Positions 7,659 through 16,337 of a DNA stretch of 64,000 nt are shown piece by piece. The stretch's first letter is position 1; each line of letters starts with the position of its first letter. Source of the DNA: Planctomycetota bacterium (GTDB lineage: Bacteria; Planctomycetota; J058; JAJDCQ01); contig JAJDCQ010000078.1 of the NCBI GenBank assembly GCA_029260755.1, forward strand, positions 73,255 through 137,254. Reading direction: 5' to 3'. Under the pieces are notes generated by a model. It was not told the DNA's origin, ran no database searches, and worked only from the letters and a program-made list of their open reading frames with translations. The translations under genes and the position numbers were made by a program.

Positions 7659-9611
7659 CTACCCGCTCGAGCGTCTCGAGCTCCCGACCCTGGGCGTTCC
7701 CTGCGGGACCCGTCGGACCGTTCGTGCCCGGCGCCCCGCTCGATGCCCCTTCTGCCGATCCGTTCGGACCTTGGCGATGAGCCGGGCCGCCTCGCGCAGC
7801 GCGCTCGACGACGGCGGCTCGCCGCCGATCATGGCCGCCAGCTCGCGCCGTCTCGCCTCGGCGTCGGCGAGAACGGTCACGACGGCCCGGGTCCGTCCGC
7901 GCCCCTCCTTCCGGACGCGCAGGTGGTGTCGCGCCGCGCCGGCGATCGGCGCCAGATGCGTCACGAGCAACACCTGTCGTCCCCTCGCCAGCGCGCCGAG
8001 TCGACGGGCGACGGCGTCCGCCGCCCGCGCCCCGACATTCTGATCGATCTCGTCCAGGACGAGAAGAGGGGACCCCCGACGATCGGCGATTTCTCCCTCG
8101 ATGGCAAGCATCACCCGGGCCATCTCTCCGCCGCTCGCCACCTGCGCGAGCGGCCCCTCGCCCTCGCCGGGGTTCGCCGCCAGAAGAAAGACCACATCCT
8201 CGGCGCCGGCGCGTCCGACGCTCGGCGCCCCGTCGGCAGCGCTCCCCGATCGGAGCTCGATCCGGAGGCGGGCCTCCTCCATCCCGAGCTCCGCCAGCGC
8301 CGCCGTGACCCGCTTCGCGAGGCGAGGCGCCGCCCGCTCGCGGGCCGCCGTCAGCGTCGCGGCGGCGTCCGCCAGGCGCGCCTCCGCGGCCGCGAGCACC
8401 TCACCCGCCCGGGCGAGCTCGACGTCGTCCTCGCGGAGCGACGCGATCCGCCGCTCCAGCTCGGCCTGCTCGTCGACGGCCGCGTCGATGCCGATCCCTA
8501 GTCGCCGCTCGAGCGCCCGGAGCGCGCCGATCCGCTCCTCGACCGCTGCGAGACGCGGCTCGTCGTGCGCGTGGCGCTCGCGGCGTCGTCGCGCGGCCTC
8601 CGCGACGGCCGCCACCTCACCGGCGATCCCGCTCAGCCGCTCGGAGAGTCGACCGAACGGGCGAACGCGCTCGGCGTGCTCGCCCTCGGCGCCGGTCGCT
8701 CCATCGTCGTCGGGGCCCTCTCCCGGATCCTCACCGACCGCCTCGGCGAGGGCGGCCGCCTCGCGCGAGAGCCCGCCCAGACGCTCGTAGAGCGCCCCGT
8801 CGGCCTCGTAGAGCTCGGACTCGATCCGCGCGAGGCACCCGAGGACGCGCTCGCTCTGGCGCAGCACCCGACGCTCGGCCTCGAGCCGCTCGAGCTCGCC
8901 CACCTCGGGGGCGACCGCGACGATCTCGTCGAGGCGCTCGCGGAGCCGGTCGTGCTCGAGCGCGTCGTGCCCCGCGCGCTCGGCCAGCTCGGTGTGGCGC
9001 CGTTGCAGGGACGCGACCTCGTCGTGGCGTCTTCCGACCTCCATCCGGGCCCCGTCGGCGCCCGCGAACGCGTCGAGGATCTCGACCTGCGCCTCGGGCC
9101 GTCGCAGCCCGCTCGCGGCCTCCTGGCCGGCGACCTCGACGAGGTGCCCGCCGATCCGCCGGAGCGTCGCGAGCGAGACGCTCGCGCCGTTGACGAAGGC
9201 GCGCCCGCGCCCGCCCCGCGGCAGCGTCCGCGCGAGGACGAGGGTGGTCGCCCGCGGCTCCGCGGAGCCCGCGTCGAGCGCCTCGGCGTCGTCGTCCTCG
9301 AAGCGCGCCGGGACGCCGGCCGCCTCGAGGATCGCGTCGAGCGAGCCGGTCGCCGGGTCGCCGGGGCTCGGCACGCGGAAGCTCGCCTCCACCCGCGCCT
9401 GCGCCGCGTCTCTCCGCACGCAGCTCGGACCGACGCGCGCGCCGGTGACGAAGCGAAGCGCCTCGGTGAGGAGCGACTTCCCCGCTCCCGACCCTCCGGT
9501 GATCGCGCACAGCCCGGGGGTGAACGGGACGACGACCTCCTCGAACAGGACGAAGTCGCGGGCGCGGATCTCGTCGAGGAAGATCGTGGCGAGTTCGGGG
9601 GAGGTCTTCAT
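7659..9611 (-). CDS. recN: DNA repair protein RecN
   Basis: 650 aa from the ATG at 9611. Walker A GGSGAGKS near the N-terminus, long coiled-coil middle, C-terminal GGEMARVMLA signature and Walker B LLVLDEID. The upstream 790 aa of the 1441-aa track ORF are antisense to the kinase gene and were rejected. Confidence 0.85.
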   Translation of the reverse strand: MKTSPELATIFLDEIRARDFVLFEEVVVPFTPGLCAITGGSGAGKSLLTEALRFVTGARVGPSCVRRDAAQARVEASFRVPSPGDPATGSLDAILEAAGVPARFEDDDAEALDAGSAEPRATTLVLARTLPRGGRGRAFVNGASVSLATLRRIGGHLVEVAGQEAASGLRRPEAQVEILDAFAGADGARMEVGRRHDEVASLQRRHTELAERAGHDALEHDRLRERLDEIVAVAPEVGELERLEAERRVLRQSERVLGCLARIESELYEADGALYERLGGLSREAAALAEAVGEDPGEGPDDDGATGAEGEHAERVRPFGRLSERLSGIAGEVAAVAEAARRRRERHAHDEPRLAAVEERIGALRALERRLGIGIDAAVDEQAELERRIASLREDDVELARAGEVLAAAEARLADAAATLTAARERAAPRLAKRVTAALAELGMEEARLRIELRSGSAADGAPSVGRAGAEDVVFLLAANPGEGEGPLAQVASGGEMARVMLAIEGEIADRRGSPLLVLDEIDQNVGARAADAVARRLGALARGRQVLLVTHLAPIAGAARHHLRVRKEGRGRTRAVVTVLADAEARRRELAAMIGGEPPSSSALREAARLIAKVRTDRQKGHRAGRRARTVRRVPQGTPRVGSSRRSSG

Positions 9612-9893
9612 CGGATCTCTCTTCGGGGCGTTCCGGCGGCGGGCGCGGAGTCGGGCTCGAGTTCGGGTTCGCGGCGATCCGAACGATGGCCGTTCTGGAC
9701 GCTTACCATAACCTAAAACTATCACGGCTCGCGCAGACGCCGCAAGGGGTTTCGTCGGGGGGCCGCCCATGACTCTCGACGAGATCGGCCGCGACCCGCG
9801 CCGGACCGCGGCTCGAGAGGTTTGGTAGTCGTTCGCCCGCGGAGCCGGGCCGCCGATTGGCGACGTCGGGCGGCGACGCGCCATGATGCGTCC

Positions 9894-12692
9894 ATGAGCG
9901 CCGAGCACGGACCTGCTCCCGAGGCTCCCCGTCGGCTCGGTCCCTATCGCGTCGAGTCGACGATCGGGCGCGGCGGGATGGGTGAGGTCTACCGCGCCCG
10001 CCACGTCGAGACCGGCGCGCTCCACGCCGTGAAGGTGATCCTCGCCCGGCGCCTCGTGGGAGACGAGGGACGCCGGACCCTCGCGCGGTTCCAGAACGAG
10101 GTCGAGGTGCTCGCGCGCGTCCGGCATCCGGGGATCGTCACGATCCACGCGGCCGGGGTCGACGACGGCGTGCCGTGGTGCTCGATGGACCTCGTCGATG
10201 GGCGTTCGCTCGCCGAGCTCACCCGGACCGGTCCGCTGCCGCCGCGCGAGGCGGCCCGGATCGTCGCCGCGGTCGCGCGCGCGATCGCGCACATCCACGA
10301 GCTCGGGGTCGTCCACCGCGACCTGAAGCCGGGCAACGTCATCATCGAGGACGATGGCGAGCAGCCCCGCGTCGTCGACTTCGGCCTCGCCTACGACGCC
10401 TTCGCCGAGGAGCTGACGCGCACCGGCGACATCGTCGGGACGCCCGCGTTCCTCGCGCCCGAGCAGCTCATCCGCGGCGCGTCTCGCGTCGGTCCGTCCG
10501 CCGACATCTACGGGCTCGGCATCATCCTCTACGGCTGTCTCACCGCACGTCCGCCGTTCCGTGGCGCGAACCAGCTCGCGACATTGACGGAGGTGCTCAG
10601 GGCGCCCCCGCCGCCGCCGGGACTGCTCGATCCGGGCGTGCCGGCGGCGCTCGACGCGATCTGCCTCCGCGCCCTCGAGAAACGTCCGGGGGACCGCTAC
10701 GCCACCGCGGTCGCCCTCGCCGAGGACCTCGAGCGCTTCCTCGACGGGGGCGAGGTGCTCGCCGCGTCCGCTGGTCGATGGACCCGGCTCCGCGCCTGGC
10801 TCGTCCCGCGGACGCGCGCCGGGCGGCTGGGGAGCGCCCTGGTGCTCGCCCTCGCGCTCGTGGGAGCCTTCGAGGGCGCGCGGTTCCTCCTCCAGCCGGG
10901 GCGCCTCCTCGGGTCGCCGCTCGCCCGCGTCGAGGCGTACGAGCGGCGCCTCGCCCGCGACGGGCGCCTCTCGGCCGAGGTGATCCGCGAGGTCGAGGCG
11001 ATCGGCCAACACGCCGGCCTGTCGGAGCAGCACCTCCTCGCGCAACGGGCGCGCCTCCTCGCCGGCCTCGCCGAGGAGGCGGCCCTGCCGCCGGATGCGC
11101 CGGTCGACGTCTTCCGCGTCGACGTGCTCAGGGGCGCCCTCCGACTCCCCGATCGGCGCGAGCACATCGTCGCGGGCCTCCTCGCGGTCGGGCGGCTCGC
11201 GACCCTCCACGACGTGCTCACCGGCAGGGATCCGCCGACCCCGGCGCCGATCGAGGCGGCCGCGCCGCTCGCCCGCTTCCTCGCCGATCCGGCGGCCGCC
11301 GCGGGCCGCCTCCCGCCGCTGCACGCGCCCGCGTTCGACGCGCTCGTCCGCGCGCCGGGGCTCGAGCGGGCGATCCGCGGGCGGCTGCGGGTGGCGAGGG
11401 CGGAGCGATGGATCGGCCTCGGCGACGCGGCCGCGTTCGACTCCGCCGTCGACGACCTCCACGACGCGGCGACCCTCGATGCCACGCCGCCGAGCGCGGC
11501 CTGCGCCACGGCCGCGTTCCACGTCTTCCTGATCGAGCGTTTCCTCGCCACGATCGAGAGCGACGCGCCCGAGGCGCGTCGCCTCGGCGACCTGATCGTC
11601 CGCTGTCGGCCGGCCGACGCCGTCGTGCCGGCCCCGCTCATCGATGCCCTCCGCGCCGTCGTCGGCGTCGATCACGCCCTCGCCGCGGGTCGCGACGTGG
11701 CGACGATCCGGACCGCGGCGGCCGCCCTCCTCGTCGGTCCGGTCCTCGAGTCGCTCGAGGAGTGGCCGTTCGAGGCCGAGATGGTCGCGACCCTGCGCGA
11801 CGCGGTCGGCGTCGAGCGGCTCCGAGACGAGGCGTCGCGCGAGGCCCGCCTCCCCCCCGCGCGACGCAACCCCGCCCGCCTGCTCTTCGCGGTCGAGCTG
11901 CTCGGGCGCGCCCTCGACGACGCCGAGCGCGACGCCCTTCTCGAGGGGGCGCGCGACAGCGGCGTCGACGCGTCGTGGCTGCACTCACTCGTCGGTCGGC
12001 GACTCGCGATCGCCGGCCGGGACGAGGACGCCCGGGCGGCGCTCGAGCGCGCCGTCGAGCTCGACCGCGCCCGGCCCGACGAGCTCCGCGGATCGTGGGC
12101 GCCGGTCCGCCTCGCCGCCCTGCTCGCTCGCGACGACCCTGACCGCGCGCCGCTCCTGCTCGAGGCCGCCCGGGTGGAGGAGGCGAGCTGGGCGCGCGAC
12201 GTCGCCCTCGAGCGGACGGGCGTCCTGCGGGGATGGCGCTTCCGGCAGGCGCGTCGGATCGGCGCCGAGCTCGTGGTCCTCGCGCGCCAGGAGGTCGCGG
12301 AAGGTGTCCCGGCGTGCTGCGGCGAGGGCCGCCGCGACCCCGACGCGATGATCGAGCGGGCGGCCCGGATCCTCGGGCTGCCGCTCGCGCGGATGCTGAA
12401 CCTGTTCGAGGGACGCGACTGGATCGCGACGCCGTCGTCCGCCCTCCTGATCCGCGTCCGCCATCACCTCGGCCACGGGCGGGTCGACGCGGCGCTCGGC
12501 GACGTCGATCGCATCCTCGGCCTCGAGTCGGCCGAGATCGCGCGGCGCGACTACGAGCGACGCGGCGTCTGGCGCGCGATCATCGAGGCGTTCGAGCTCC
12601 GGGCCGAGGCGCTGGAGCTCCTCGGCCGCTCCGATCAGGCGACCGCCGCCCGCGCCGAGGCGCGCAGGCACCGTGAGGGGGCGGGCCTGTGA
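9894..12692 (+). CDS. Receptor-type Hanks Ser/Thr protein kinase 1 (kinase, TM, helical-repeat ectodomain)
   Basis: GRGGMGEVYRA...AVKVI, HRDLKPGNVII, DFGLA and GTPAFLAPE motifs. TM is LGSALVLALALVGAF. Start taken at the ATG at 9894 (MSAEHG...). Confidence 0.9.
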   Translation: MSAEHGPAPEAPRRLGPYRVESTIGRGGMGEVYRARHVETGALHAVKVILARRLVGDEGRRTLARFQNEVEVLARVRHPGIVTIHAAGVDDGVPWCSMDLVDGRSLAELTRTGPLPPREAARIVAAVARAIAHIHELGVVHRDLKPGNVIIEDDGEQPRVVDFGLAYDAFAEELTRTGDIVGTPAFLAPEQLIRGASRVGPSADIYGLGIILYGCLTARPPFRGANQLATLTEVLRAPPPPPGLLDPGVPAALDAICLRALEKRPGDRYATAVALAEDLERFLDGGEVLAASAGRWTRLRAWLVPRTRAGRLGSALVLALALVGAFEGARFLLQPGRLLGSPLARVEAYERRLARDGRLSAEVIREVEAIGQHAGLSEQHLLAQRARLLAGLAEEAALPPDAPVDVFRVDVLRGALRLPDRREHIVAGLLAVGRLATLHDVLTGRDPPTPAPIEAAAPLARFLADPAAAAGRLPPLHAPAFDALVRAPGLERAIRGRLRVARAERWIGLGDAAAFDSAVDDLHDAATLDATPPSAACATAAFHVFLIERFLATIESDAPEARRLGDLIVRCRPADAVVPAPLIDALRAVVGVDHALAAGRDVATIRTAAAALLVGPVLESLEEWPFEAEMVATLRDAVGVERLRDEASREARLPPARRNPARLLFAVELLGRALDDAERDALLEGARDSGVDASWLHSLVGRRLAIAGRDEDARAALERAVELDRARPDELRGSWAPVRLAALLARDDPDRAPLLLEAARVEEASWARDVALERTGVLRGWRFRQARRIGAELVVLARQEVAEGVPACCGEGRRDPDAMIERAARILGLPLARMLNLFEGRDWIATPSSALLIRVRHHLGHGRVDAALGDVDRILGLESAEIARRDYERRGVWRAIIEAFELRAEALELLGRSDQATAARAEARRHREGAGL

Positions 12693-15574
12693 TCGGCGGG
12701 CGGGCGGGTCCCTACGTCCTGATCGCCGAGCTCGGGCGCGGCGCGTTCGGCGCCGTCTACCGGGCTCGCCACGGCGAGTCCCGGGTGGAGCACGCGGTGA
12801 AGGTGCTCCACCACGACCTCGCGTTCGACCCCGAGGACATCGTCCGGTTCCGGCGCGAGGCCGAGATGCTCGCGCGTCTCGACCGCCATCCGAACATCGT
12901 CTCGGTGCACGCCGTCGGCGAGGACGACGTCGGCTCGTGGATGGCCATGGACCTCGTCCGCGGGCGTCCGCTCCAGACGGAGCTCGCGGGCGGACCGCTC
13001 CCGATCGCGCGCGCCGTCGACCTCCTGATCCCGATCGCCCGCGCGGTCGCCCACGCGCACGAACGCGGCGTCGTCCATCGCGATCTCAAGCCCGAGAACG
13101 TCCTCATGGACGAGCGCGGCGTCCCGAGGGTGGTCGACTTCGGCCTCGCGTTCGACGACACCCGGACGCGGCTCTCGAAGACGGGCGAGGTGATGGGCAC
13201 GCCGTCGTTCATGGCGCCCGAGGTCGTCCTGGGATGGACCTCGGGGTCGGTCGCGCGGATCGAGGCGAGCGCCGTCGATCCACGGGCGGATGTCTACGGG
13301 CTCGGCGCGACCCTCTACGTCCTGCTGACCGGGCGCGCCCCGCACCAGGGCAAGACGGCCCACGAGACGCTCCTCCGGGTGACCGAGGGAATGCCCGAGG
13401 CGCCGCGACAGCTCCGGCCCGAGCTGCCGCTCGATCTCGAGAGGATCGTCCTGGGCGCTCTCGAGCGGGATCCCGCGCGCCGCTACCCGACGGCGACGGC
13501 CTTCGCCGACGACCTCGAGCGCTGGCGGGTCGGCGAGGCGGTGGCGGGCGCCGCGCCGGCCCGCCGGGCGAGGCGGCTCGTCGTCGCGACGCTCGTCGTC
13601 ACGGCGGTCGGAGCGGCCGCCGCCCTCGCCTTCGGCTGGGGATCGATCGGCGCGGGGCCGCCCGGGCCGTCGAGGTTGGAGCAGCAGCTCGCCGAGCTGG
13701 ACCGGCAGTGGGAGGCGGCGAGCCGGGGCTCGGCCGACGCGCTCGCGCGCGCGGGCTCGATTGCTTCGGAGCTCCTCGCGAGCGAGGAGCTCCGCGGCGA
13801 GAGGCGCGCCAGGCTCCGCAGGGTCCTGAGCGTCGCCGAGTCGCTCGTCGACGACGGTCGAACCGAGCCCGACGATGACCCGTTCGGTCCGCGGACCGCG
13901 CGCGCGGTCGCGTCGATCCTCCTCGAGACGGGACAGCTCACGCGGTTCGCGAAGGTCGCCCCGCTCGAGGCGTTGCTCGCCTGGATCGCCGATGGCGGGC
14001 GGGTCGACGACGTCTCCGATGACGGACTCGCCGAGATGGCGACGGCCGTCGCCGCCCGGATCGCGGATGAGCCTGCCCTCGAGGCGGCGCTCGCCGGGCT
14101 CCTCCGGCGACGGGTGGCGCGCATCGTCGAGGCGGACGACCCGGCCGACGACGCGCGGGTCATCCCGATGGCTGAGCAGCTCGCGCCGCTCGTCGGACAG
14201 CTCGGGTTCGACGCGGCCAGCGCGCCGAGCGCGGACGCGATCGAGCGGTACGGCCGACGGCGCGTCGAGGCCGAGGCGGCCGGGCCGAGAGCGCTGCGCC
14301 TCGCGATCGCGTCGCTCGTCCACGATCCCCTGGATCCGAGCTGGGTGGGCCGCCACCTGGAGCTCGGCGGCCTGCTTCACACGGGCGAGGGCGCGACTCT
14401 GGAGGAGCGCCCGGCGTTTCTCCGGGCCGCGGTGATCCAGATCGCGAGCGGCCAGCGCTCCGTCGACGACAAGATGCTCGCCCTCTACACCGGGTCGCCC
14501 GAGGCGAACGAGATCTTCGGAGAGCTGGCCGCGGGAGACGAGCCGGGTCACCTGGCGGTCGCCGTCGCGGCCGCGATCTCCGACGAGGTCAGCGCGGAGG
14601 TCGCCGCGACGGATCCCGCGGCGCGGCTCGTCGCCCACTGGGCGCCGGTGAGCGCGATCCTCGCCCGCGAGCGGGAGCGGTCCGACGTGCCCGCGGCGAT
14701 CCTCGCGTGGCTCGCGGTGACGTTCGCGGATGCGGCCGCGGGCGATCAGATCCCGAGCGCGTCGGAGGACGAGCACGGCGACGGGCCCCGCGGCGAGCTG
14801 AGGCGCCGGCTCCTCGCCGCGTGGCCCGTCGGGCACGACGGCTCGGTGCGCGGGCGGGTGAGCGCGGTGATCGACGAGCTGCTCGCCCGGGCCCGCACCC
14901 GGCAGGGAGAGGGCTCGGCGTGGGACCTCGGCGTCCCCTACGCGGTGCTCCGCTGGTGGTGCGTCTACCGGGAGGAAGCGCCCGACGCGGAGGAGGCCTA
15001 CGCGCTCGCGCTGGGGACGCTCGAGCGGGTCGCGGTCCTGCGCGAGACGGTCGCCGTGGACCACTGGTCCGCCGGCATCCGGCTCCAGCGACGCTTCCTC
15101 AACCGGACGATCGACTACGCGGTCGGCTACGTGATGGCCTGGTTCTTCCGCCGCTGCGTCTTCGAGGGCCCGTGCCCGAACCGGCGGAGGTTCGAGGCGC
15201 TCGCGGGGGCCATCCGGCGGATCAAGCCGAACGCCCACGAGCCGTCCTCGGGCGCCGCGGTGCACGCGTTCATCCACGGCGACGGTGCGACCGCCGCCGC
15301 CGCCCTCGCCGAGGCGGTCGGGCTCGACCACGAGTACCGCCCGATCCGGGCGGCGATCGCCGCGGCGGGGATCCTCATCGACCGCGACGAGCGCGAGGCG
15401 GCGCGAAGGCTGCTCGCGCGGACGGTCGATCCGGACGAGCCGGCGTTCATCCCCGGTCACGGGGCGGACTGGCGCGATCGCGCCGGGCTCTGGCGGAGCC
15501 TCGGCGACGAGGAGCGCGCCGTCGCCGACGACGAGGCGTACGAGACGTGGCGCGCGCGGGGCGAGCGCGACTGA
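12689..15574 (+). CDS. Receptor-type Hanks Ser/Thr protein kinase 2
   Basis: GRGAFGAVYRA...AVKVL, HRDLKPENVLM, DFGLA and GTPSFMAPE motifs. TM is LVVATLVVTAVGAAAALAF. The GTG start overlaps the stop of kinase 1 (GTGA). Confidence 0.9.
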   Translation: MIGGRAGPYVLIAELGRGAFGAVYRARHGESRVEHAVKVLHHDLAFDPEDIVRFRREAEMLARLDRHPNIVSVHAVGEDDVGSWMAMDLVRGRPLQTELAGGPLPIARAVDLLIPIARAVAHAHERGVVHRDLKPENVLMDERGVPRVVDFGLAFDDTRTRLSKTGEVMGTPSFMAPEVVLGWTSGSVARIEASAVDPRADVYGLGATLYVLLTGRAPHQGKTAHETLLRVTEGMPEAPRQLRPELPLDLERIVLGALERDPARRYPTATAFADDLERWRVGEAVAGAAPARRARRLVVATLVVTAVGAAAALAFGWGSIGAGPPGPSRLEQQLAELDRQWEAASRGSADALARAGSIASELLASEELRGERRARLRRVLSVAESLVDDGRTEPDDDPFGPRTARAVASILLETGQLTRFAKVAPLEALLAWIADGGRVDDVSDDGLAEMATAVAARIADEPALEAALAGLLRRRVARIVEADDPADDARVIPMAEQLAPLVGQLGFDAASAPSADAIERYGRRRVEAEAAGPRALRLAIASLVHDPLDPSWVGRHLELGGLLHTGEGATLEERPAFLRAAVIQIASGQRSVDDKMLALYTGSPEANEIFGELAAGDEPGHLAVAVAAAISDEVSAEVAATDPAARLVAHWAPVSAILARERERSDVPAAILAWLAVTFADAAAGDQIPSASEDEHGDGPRGELRRRLLAAWPVGHDGSVRGRVSAVIDELLARARTRQGEGSAWDLGVPYAVLRWWCVYREEAPDAEEAYALALGTLERVAVLRETVAVDHWSAGIRLQRRFLNRTIDYAVGYVMAWFFRRCVFEGPCPNRRRFEALAGAIRRIKPNAHEPSSGAAVHAFIHGDGATAAAALAEAVGLDHEYRPIRAAIAAAGILIDRDEREAARRLLARTVDPDEPAFIPGHGADWRDRAGLWRSLGDEERAVADDEAYETWRARGERD

Positions 15575-15604
15575 TCGATCGCGACTGATTCGATCGCGAT
15601 CGGA

Positions 15605-16330
15605 TCTCGCGGAATGTGACGGCCTGCATGCGGAGTCGTGTTGCCGACGGCGGGGCGGGGTCGGTGTGCGGCCTGCTTCGAAGCTGGACGGGTGTGCGGG
15701 TGCCGCTGTTTTCCCGTTCGGATCCCGAGGAATGTGACGGCATGCGGGGTCAGGCCTCTGCTTGCTGCTTGGTCGGGACGTGGTTGCGATGCGTGCCCAC
15801 CTCCCAAGCCAGCAAGACAGAGGCCTGACCCCGGTAGTCAGCCCGGGTGCCCGGCGCGATCCGCATCGTCGGTGACGCGGCCTTGCAAACCGAGTCCACG
15901 GTCCATCGCCTTGCAGCGCGAGCCGCTGACTTCGCGACCCGTCTTCCCGTCGACGTGGCTTGCAAGATCGGCCCCGGGCCCCGCATCGGGTTTGCACCCC
16001 AGCCGCGCTCCCGCCGGCTCGGCCTGCAGAGTCAGCCCCGGGCCCCGCATCGGGGGTCAGGCCTCTGTCTCGCTGGCTTGGGAGGGGAGTTCGCTTCGGC
16101 AGTCCCGCTCCGACCAAGCAGCAAGCAGAGGCCTGACCCCACGGGAAGCGACGGCTCGGCCCAGCCGCGCAGCTCCGATGCAGGCCGCAGGCCAACCCCG
16201 CCCCGCCGTCGGCAACACGACTTCGCATGCGCGCGGGCAAGACCTCGGGAATCGACGGCTCGGCCCATCCGCGAGCTCCGAAGCAGGCCGCATGGCGACC
16301 CCGCCTCGCGGTCGGTCGGTGCTTCGAACG
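15605..16330. repeat. Family 2 mosaic repeat cluster E (fills the whole convergent intergenic gap)
   Basis: Contains the U2 unit forward (about 15626-15720), U1 hairpins at 15746-15832 and 16053-16140, short cagccccgggccccgcatcgg / ttgca units in between, and 1.5 U2 units in reverse orientation (16142-16330). The cluster is itself roughly palindromic. Confidence 0.85.
16053..16259. repeat. Family 2 module U1+U2, left member of an inverted pair with 33895-34130
   Basis: The U1 hairpin ggggtcaggcctctgtctcgctggcttgg...ccaagcagcaagcagaggcctgacccc is roughly 95% identical by eye to the reverse complement of 34042-34130. The adjacent 118-nt U2 is roughly 88% identical to the reverse complement of 33895-34014. 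Confidence 0.8.
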
Positions 16331-16337
16331 AAGGAAG

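Noticed and set aside
7659-11984. 1441-aa minus-strand ORF that would extend RecN far upstream
   Set aside because: Only the C-terminal 650 aa (from the ATG at 9611) look like RecN. The upstream part is Arg/Gly/Asp/Pro-rich, lies antisense to the well-supported kinase 1 gene, and is typical of open antisense frames in high-GC DNA.
12635-16240. 1201-aa minus-strand ORF, and similar giant ORFs at 19904-23176, 23763-26057, 26066-28516, 29567-33076, 33757-36945, 41778-45647, 42832-47328 and 47987-51931
   Set aside because: All are antisense or off-frame to genes with clear domain signatures. They have R/P/G/D/E-dominated composition and no recognisable motifs, and several run through the intergenic repeat clusters. 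They are treated as high-GC artefacts.
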